From: an uncultured Bacteroidota bacterium
Lineage (GTDB): Bacteria; Bacteroidota; Bacteroidia; Bacteroidales; VadinHA17
NCBI GenBank assembly: GCA_937864815.1
Contig: CALMJY010000238.1
Span: forward strand, 20,477 to 84,476
Direction of reading: 5' to 3'
Length of the DNA stretch: 64,000 nt
Below the pieces are notes generated by a model, which made no database searches, had not been told where the DNA came from, and saw nothing but the letters and a program-made list of their open reading frames with translations. Shown here in pieces: positions 59,168 to 64,000 of the stretch. Numbering within the stretch: the first letter of the stretch is position 1; each line of letters begins with the position of its first letter. Both the position numbers and the translations under genes were made by a program.

Positions 59168-59437
59168 TTAAAGACCTTTGTTAAGTGCCGGAGCTGCTTT
59201 GAATTTTACAACCTTCTTAGCAGGAACATTGAGTTTTGCACCGGTACGTGGGTTACGAACTGTTCTTGCGCTTCTCTTTGTAACATTGAAAGTACCAAGA
59301 CCCGGGAGCTGAATCCTGTGTCCTTTTTTCATTGCTTTTCCGAAAGCTGTAACAAATGAGTTCAGAGCTTTGCCAGCATCTTTAATAGAAAGACCAGCGT
59401 CAGCAGCAATTGCATTAACTAATTCTTTTTTTGTCAT
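59168..59437 (-). CDS. hup: HU-family DNA-binding protein
   Basis: MTKKELVNAIAADAGLSIKDAGKALNSFV...GLGTF...RSARTVRNPRTGAKLNVPAKKVVKFK. Confidence 0.93.
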   Translation of the reverse strand: MTKKELVNAIAADAGLSIKDAGKALNSFVTAFGKAMKKGHRIQLPGLGTFNVTKRSARTVRNPRTGAKLNVPAKKVVKFKAAPALNKGL

Positions 59438-59739
59438 TGTTTTGAAAATTTAGAGTTAAACTGATTTTACTAATTGAATACAAAATTATCCTATTTATAA
59501 TACTGTGCAAATATTTTTTTCCGTTTTTCCACAAATAGTGCCACTTTTAGGTTAAAACAGCTGTTTTTTTGGACGAATGTCATTTTTTGGGCTGAATATC
59601 GCATCTGCTCATCAGTCTTCAATCTCAGAGCATTTTTATTGTTTTTTTATTAACAATCTGTTTATAAAATCATAATATACGTGATTATCAGGTATTTATT
59701 AAAATATTTTTGAACATTATTGAAAAATCAAAAAAAGAT

Positions 59740-59747
59740 TATCTTTG
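59740..59747 (+). promoter_or_regulatory. Bacteroidota -7 box (TATCTTTG) for tRNA-Ser
   Basis: Exact TAnnTTTG match ending 4 nt before the tRNA 5' end. Confidence 0.55.
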
Positions 59748-59751
59748 CGGC

Positions 59752-59843
59752 GGAGAAATGGCAGAGCGGTCGAATGCGGCGGTCTTGAAAACCGTTGTCC
59801 TGTATCCACGGGACCGGGGGTTCGAATCCCTCTTTCTCCGCCA
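59752..59843 (+). tRNA. tRNA-Ser (anticodon UGA), class II with long variable arm, CCA encoded
   Basis: Acceptor GGAGAAA/TTTCTCC. Anticodon stem GCGGT/ACCGT with loop CT-TGA-AA. Long variable arm (GTCC...GGAC). T-arm GGGGG-TTCGAAT-CCCTC. Discriminator G followed by CCA. Confidence 0.9.
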
Positions 59844-59859
59844 AAGCAATCATATCAAT

Positions 59860-59890
59860 CCCTTCGCATCAGCGAAGGGATTTTTATTTT
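59860..59890 (+). terminator. intrinsic terminator after tRNA-Ser
   Basis: Stem CCCTTCG/CGAAGGG with a 6-nt loop, followed by ATTTTTATTTT. Confidence 0.75.
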
Positions 59891-59898
59891 ATTCAAAT

Positions 59899-60305
59899 CC
59901 GAATCAGGCTTGCCTGAGTGAAGATTTTGAATAAAATAAAAACCAGGCGCAGCCTGGATTGATATGATTGCTTTGAAGCCTCCCCCACAGGGATCATGAG
60001 CGAAGCGAATAATCCCGTTGTCACAAACTCACCCCCAGCCCCTCTCTGCTTCGCAAAGAGGGGTGACTATTGTAGTAAATTCTCTATTCACCGAATCAGG
60101 CTTGCCTGAGTGAAGATTTTGAATAAAATAAAAACCAGGCGCAGCCTGGATTGATATGATTGCTTTGAAGCCTCCCCCATAGGGATCATGAGTGCAGCGA
60201 ATAATCCCTTTGTCGAAAACTCACCCCCATCCCCTCTCTGCTTCGCAAAGAGGGGTGACTATTGGATTAAATTCTCTATTCACCGAACCAGGTTTACCTG
60301 ATAGA
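59899..60305. repeat. 192-bp tandem direct repeat, 2.1 copies
   Basis: Copies start at 59899, 60091 and 60283 (partial). By eye I count 9 mismatches between the two full copies, and the first ~88 nt are identical. Confidence 0.92.
59928..59957 (-). terminator. intrinsic terminator on minus strand inside repeat copy 1 (second copy at 60120-60149)
   Basis: Stem CCAGG/CCTGG with a 5-nt loop. On the minus strand it is followed by TTTTTATTTTATT. Both copies lie downstream of the FISUMP gene. Confidence 0.6.
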
Positions 60306-60343
60306 GGACTGAACTGGCTCCTTCGATAAAAAAGGCCAATAGA

Positions 60344-61765
60344 TTACCGTAAATATCTTAAACATCTAACAGAACCATAATTATCTCCGTGTCTCATAAA
60401 TACAGAGCCTGAATTATAATCTAGTCCAACCTTTGAATGAACGTTAAATCCGACAGTTTGACCGTGGGACTGAATTACAATCTCATTAGTTGTCCACATA
60501 TAAGAGCTGGATCCTAATAGTTCAAATTTATATTCCGGGTATATGGGAAAAGCAGTGCCAGATGGAAGTGCAGTAAAACCTGAACTATTGCTTGCCCAAC
60601 TATTGGGACTCGCCCAATGTCTTTGTCCACTCTCTTTTATCATACCCCCTGCTAAATAACTAAATATATCTCCATAAGGCGGATTTAATGGATTAACTGC
60701 GCTGGTATCGAGGGTATGTATCATCTCAAACCATTCACCCAAAGAAGGGATATGCCATCCCGTCGGACATAATCCGGATTTCTTAACTGCAAACCATGAA
60801 TAGAGTGCTCCATACTCCGATTTATAACTAATATCACGGTTATACCAAACAAAATCCATTGGGATAGGTATGATTATATAATCAACAGCAGATTGATATA
60901 CAGTGGATCCATCGTTATATGTTACCGTTTTGAGATTCTCTGCCATCCACTCCTGATTTCCAATTATTACAGTTTTATATTTATTACCTTCCTGATCAGT
61001 CATATTGCCATAGGAAATTTCAGGATTAAAATCAATTTCAGGATTCAATTCAGGTAGTGTCCTATATTTTAATATCTTACTGTATCCTGTACCAGCTTTG
61101 TTATATGCATAAACTCTCATATAATACTCAGTCTCTGAGGTAAGTTTAACGGCGGTACTCTTATAGATCTTTGATACCCGGGTAAATCCCTCAACATTAA
61201 ATTGTGCATCATTTACTAAGTATCCATCAGAGAAGAAAAGGCTGGAAGTATCTTTGCCCCATATCAGCCCGCTGTTTAATACAACGGATCCTCCGTCTGA
61301 AAGTATCCTGAAACTACATTGGGCCGTCTTATCTGTTATACATTCTATACTGTCTATTGTCAGCCTGGGTACTTCAAGTGGTAATGTTTTGAATGACACC
61401 TCACCACCATAACCTGTTCCCTCGTTGTTGGAAGCAAAGGCTCTGACATAATATGTCTCCGAGGCTTCAAGGTCGGAAATGCTGCAAATAAAATCTCCTG
61501 GTCCAACTCCGGCAGTAGTGGAATAATCATTTATTGTCGGAGTGGATTTTGTGCTCCATACCACACCCCTTGAAATCACCCCACTTGTTCCTTCATCAAC
61601 AATGAAACCTCCACATATTGCTGAGTTTTTTGTAATGGATGATATTTCTGAAGTAATCACAATTGGCACTGTTTCCTGTTTGCATGAGCTGAAAAAAAGG
61701 AAACAAATCAGAAGATAACCAAAAAGACTGGATGGAAGAGACTCAAAGAGAAGAAAAGGATTCAT
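60344..61765 (-). CDS. lipoprotein with Ig/Fn3-like repeats and a C-terminal FISUMP (Fibrobacter succinogenes major paralogous) domain
   Basis: Lipobox FFSSC. Two repeats of the type TINDYSTTAGVGPGDFICSISDLEASETYYVRAFASNNEGTGYG. C-terminal GNQEWMAENLK...YGALYSW...CPTGWHIPS..EW...GFTALPSG. Confidence 0.8.
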   Translation of the reverse strand: MNPFLLFESLPSSLFGYLLICFLFFSSCKQETVPIVITSEISSITKNSAICGGFIVDEGTSGVISRGVVWSTKSTPTINDYSTTAGVGPGDFICSISDLEASETYYVRAFASNNEGTGYGGEVSFKTLPLEVPRLTIDSIECITDKTAQCSFRILSDGGSVVLNSGLIWGKDTSSLFFSDGYLVNDAQFNVEGFTRVSKIYKSTAVKLTSETEYYMRVYAYNKAGTGYSKILKYRTLPELNPEIDFNPEISYGNMTDQEGNKYKTVIIGNQEWMAENLKTVTYNDGSTVYQSAVDYIIIPIPMDFVWYNRDISYKSEYGALYSWFAVKKSGLCPTGWHIPSLGEWFEMIHTLDTSAVNPLNPPYGDIFSYLAGGMIKESGQRHWASPNSWASNSSGFTALPSGTAFPIYPEYKFELLGSSSYMWTTNEIVIQSHGQTVGFNVHSKVGLDYNSGSVFMRHGDNYGSVRCLRYLR

Positions 61766-62157
61766 AAAAATATTGTATCACCAATATTGATCAAAGTTAT
61801 GAAAGTCTTGAATACGAGTCAAATAAAAATCCACCCCCCGTTTCTGAGGGATGGATTAAACTATACCTATCTTAAAAGAGTTTTCATGGAAATTAAATTA
61901 AACTAATTCAAGTCAGGGAAAGTTAAAATTGTCAGGTATCCGGAATTAATGAATGCACTGTAATTAAAAGCAAAGGCAACCTGAAGAACAATAACCATAC
62001 CTAAGATGGGTTATGTAATGATAACTTATTTATCACATTAATAAACAATTAATAAATAAATTTCATATATTTCCCATAATAATGGAGTCCAGAGACCATC
62101 AAAAACGGGGCGTATCCGAAAAGCCTTACGAGTAGGACTATATTAAATACCTGATCT

Positions 62158-62526
62158 ATGGGAACTGTAGTAGTTATTTATGTGGCGTTAATCGTCCTGA
62201 TGATTGTATCATTTTGGAAAATTTTAACAAAAGCCGGTAAACCAGGCTGGGCATGCATCATTCCTATTTACAACATTATTGTGCTTCTTGAGATCGTTGG
62301 AAAACCATGGTGGTGGCTGTTATTAATGCTGATTCCATTTGTCAACATCGTGCTGAGCATCTGGATGCTGAACCTGCTCTCAAAGAGTTTCGGACATGAA
62401 GTAGGTTTCACACTCGGGCTTCTCTTCCTTGGATTTATTTTCTTCCCCATACTGGGACTGGGAGAATCAAAATATGTTGGTCCTGCAGGTCAGGCAAAAG
62501 CGCCTCAGGCACCACCTGCTGCATAA
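62158..62526 (+). CDS. small membrane protein, DUF5684-like
   Basis: KAGKPGWACIIPIYNIIVLLEIVGKPWWWLLLMLIPFVNIV is the pattern I associate with DUF5684. Three TM helices and a Pro/Ala-rich C-terminus. Confidence 0.65.
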   Translation: MGTVVVIYVALIVLMIVSFWKILTKAGKPGWACIIPIYNIIVLLEIVGKPWWWLLLMLIPFVNIVLSIWMLNLLSKSFGHEVGFTLGLLFLGFIFFPILGLGESKYVGPAGQAKAPQAPPAA

Positions 62527-62541
62527 TAAATTCTTCAATTT

Positions 62542-62615
62542 ATCTGCGATAATCAGCGTAATCCGCGGGAAATATTTGATTTGTTTCCCGCAGATATCGC
62601 AGATTTTTGCTGATT
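62542..62615. repeat. inverted arrays of 9-10-nt ATCnGCG units forming a hairpin between convergent genes
   Basis: Left arm ATCTGCGAT AATCAGCGT AATCCGCGGGAAA. Right arm TTTCCCGCAGAT ATCGCAGAT TTTTGCTGAT. Core stem GCGGGAAA/TTTCCCGC with an 11-nt loop. Confidence 0.8.
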
Positions 62616-62618
62616 TAT

Positions 62619-64000
62619 TCAGTGACTGATAATTTTTTTAGGAGTTTCGCTGTATATTTTTCTCAGAGCCTGATCACTAAGGCCCAGCCCGTACAGAGGC
62701 CAGTGATATCCAAACAGGTCAGTTTCATAAAAATGTTCGTCTGACGTTTCAAGTATCCTGAAGGTAACGTGATAGATCCTTTCATTAAAGGTCATATCGG
62801 TACCGTATACAATCCTGTCGGCATATTTCTCAATGAACTTCCCTGCAAATTTCGGAATGGGCGCAATTTCTCCGAACCTGGCTGAAATATCAGCATAAAG
62901 ACTAGGATAGCTGTCAAAATAATTACCAAGATAAGAGAGATCAGCACAGCAGTTTAAAAGATGAGCTGCCACAAAGATTGTCTTAGGATGCTTCCTAAGG
63001 GTATTGCCAAAGCGCTCCAGCATCTCTTCGTGACTCTTGCTTCCATCAGCAGTACTTATATGCCAGGTGGCAGCATTCATCAGCCCGTCATTATGGGCAT
63101 CAATATTCTCATACATCCATTTATCCTCTGATATATGAATATTAACAGGAATCTTCAGATCCGCACATTTCTCAAACAGTGCATCAAACCTGGGATCATC
63201 AGGAAGCCGTATTGATTTCTCCCTTGATCTTGCTGAAACAGCTTTCCCCTTAAACATCACCTCACCAACACCCCTTGCTCCTTTTTTTACACACCGCTCA
63301 AGCTCCTTCACTGCAGCAGGGCCATAACCCGGCTCATCAAAGCCTTTGTAATCAAATCCACACCATATCTCAAAACGATCCTTATAATCTGAATAGAGAT
63401 CATAAACAGAGTCAAATCTGGCACCAGTTGCACCTGTTAAAACAATAGATTTTTCGATGCCGCAGTCATCCATCGCTTTTACCCATTTCTTAATTGTTTC
63501 CTTATCTTTTGCATAGACATGAGTGTGCATATCACAGGCCTTATATTTTGCAACGGGTACTTCAGTAACCGGGATCTTGTAAATTGATACCGGCTTATAA
63601 TCCTTGAGCAGAATGTCCTTCTCATCCCGGGCAGCATGATTCTCGTGCTGTAACTTTTCAAACCGTTCAATTATCTCCATGCACATGCGACCATTGTGAT
63701 AAGGACATATCCAGTGACCTGCCTTATCTCCCCTGCCTGGTTCTCCATTCTCCTTAACATTGGGAAACCATCCGCCATTTGACTTGTCAACAAAATGATC
63801 CCTTGTATAATTCCAGCAATTGATGGAATATTCAAGAAACCTTTCATCCCCGGATATCTCCCAGGCATTAAAGTAGCCAACAATTGTTTCCACCTGTGCC
63901 CACCAGCTTCTGCCGGTTTGTACATGTCCTGTTGCAAGGTCTTTCTCATAAACAATGCTTCCGTCAGGCTGTATGGCCTCTATAACGGTTTCTGCCATCT
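62619..64000 (-). CDS. fusion protein: C-terminal part of an AGE-family (N-acylglucosamine 2-epimerase-like) alpha/alpha barrel plus an amidohydrolase-2 TIM-barrel domain (N-terminus beyond right edge)
   Basis: The first ~115 aa (WWAQVETIVGYFNAWEISGDERFLEY...GGWF...KAGHWICPYHNGRMCMEI) look like the end of an AGE fold. The rest (CDMHTHVY...HISED...AAHLLN...YGTDM) looks like a metal-dependent amidohydrolase. The frame is open to the window edge. Confidence 0.6.
   Translation of the reverse strand, partial: MAETVIEAIQPDGSIVYEKDLATGHVQTGRSWWAQVETIVGYFNAWEISGDERFLEYSINCWNYTRDHFVDKSNGGWFPNVKENGEPGRGDKAGHWICPYHNGRMCMEIIERFEKLQHENHAARDEKDILLKDYKPVSIYKIPVTEVPVAKYKACDMHTHVYAKDKETIKKWVKAMDDCGIEKSIVLTGATGARFDSVYDLYSDYKDRFEIWCGFDYKGFDEPGYGPAAVKELERCVKKGARGVGEVMFKGKAVSARSREKSIRLPDDPRFDALFEKCADLKIPVNIHISEDKWMYENIDAHNDGLMNAATWHISTADGSKSHEEMLERFGNTLRKHPKTIFVAAHLLNCCADLSYLGNYFDSYPSLYADISARFGEIAPIPKFAGKFIEKYADRIVYGTDMTFNERIYHVTFRILETSDEHFYETDLFGYHWPLYGLGLSDQALRKIYSETPKKIISH

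Noticed and set aside
59021-59359. 112-aa plus-strand ORF
   Set aside because: It overlaps hup antisense and spans the hup terminator. The HU reading is unambiguous.
59710-59934. 74-aa plus-strand ORF
   Set aside because: It reads straight through tRNA-Ser and its terminator.
59752-61765. Genomic island integrated at tRNA-Ser
   Set aside because: There is no integrase and no direct repeat of the tRNA 3' end. The matching segment is inverted and lies outside the tRNA. I retained only the repeat structure as a finding.
62429-62629. 66-aa ORF ending ...FPQISQIFADLFSD
   Set aside because: It is a translation of the ATCnGCG mini-repeat hairpin and overlaps the end of the DUF5684 gene out of frame.

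Overview
The window looks like chromosomal DNA from an anaerobic Bacteroidota (Bacteroidales-like) organism. Supporting evidence: T9SS type-B C-terminal sorting domains, a FISUMP-domain lipoprotein, many TAnnTTTG (-7) promoter boxes, little Shine-Dalgarno signal, and rubredoxin, rubrerythrin, peroxiredoxin and nitroreductase genes. I can support about 52 protein genes and one tRNA-Ser(UGA). I found no rRNA, CRISPR array, transposase or prophage. Most genes are housekeeping: glyA, relA/spoT-fur-purA, proS, tilS, aroC/aroB, aroQ-pyk, xerD, ppdK, pckA, plsY, htpG, hup, nth and an ABC-F ATPase. The most unusual content is as follows. (1) A minus-strand cluster at 19.6-24.4 kb encodes two paralogous secreted proteins followed by a FadL/PorV-like outer-membrane barrel. 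Each protein has a Tyr/Gly/Trp-rich core and a very long Ser/Asn/Arg low-complexity tail, and one carries about 30 consecutive GNN triplets. (2) A larC-larE-larB nickel-pincer cofactor operon has no larA in the window and is tightly followed by a WbqC-family gene. (3) Heptanucleotide tandem arrays sit directly after stop codons at three loci. (4) A 192-bp tandem repeat with inverted terminator cassettes lies beside tRNA-Ser. (5) Several tightly coupled gene sets have no known function. All family calls come from motif recognition by eye, and no database search was run.
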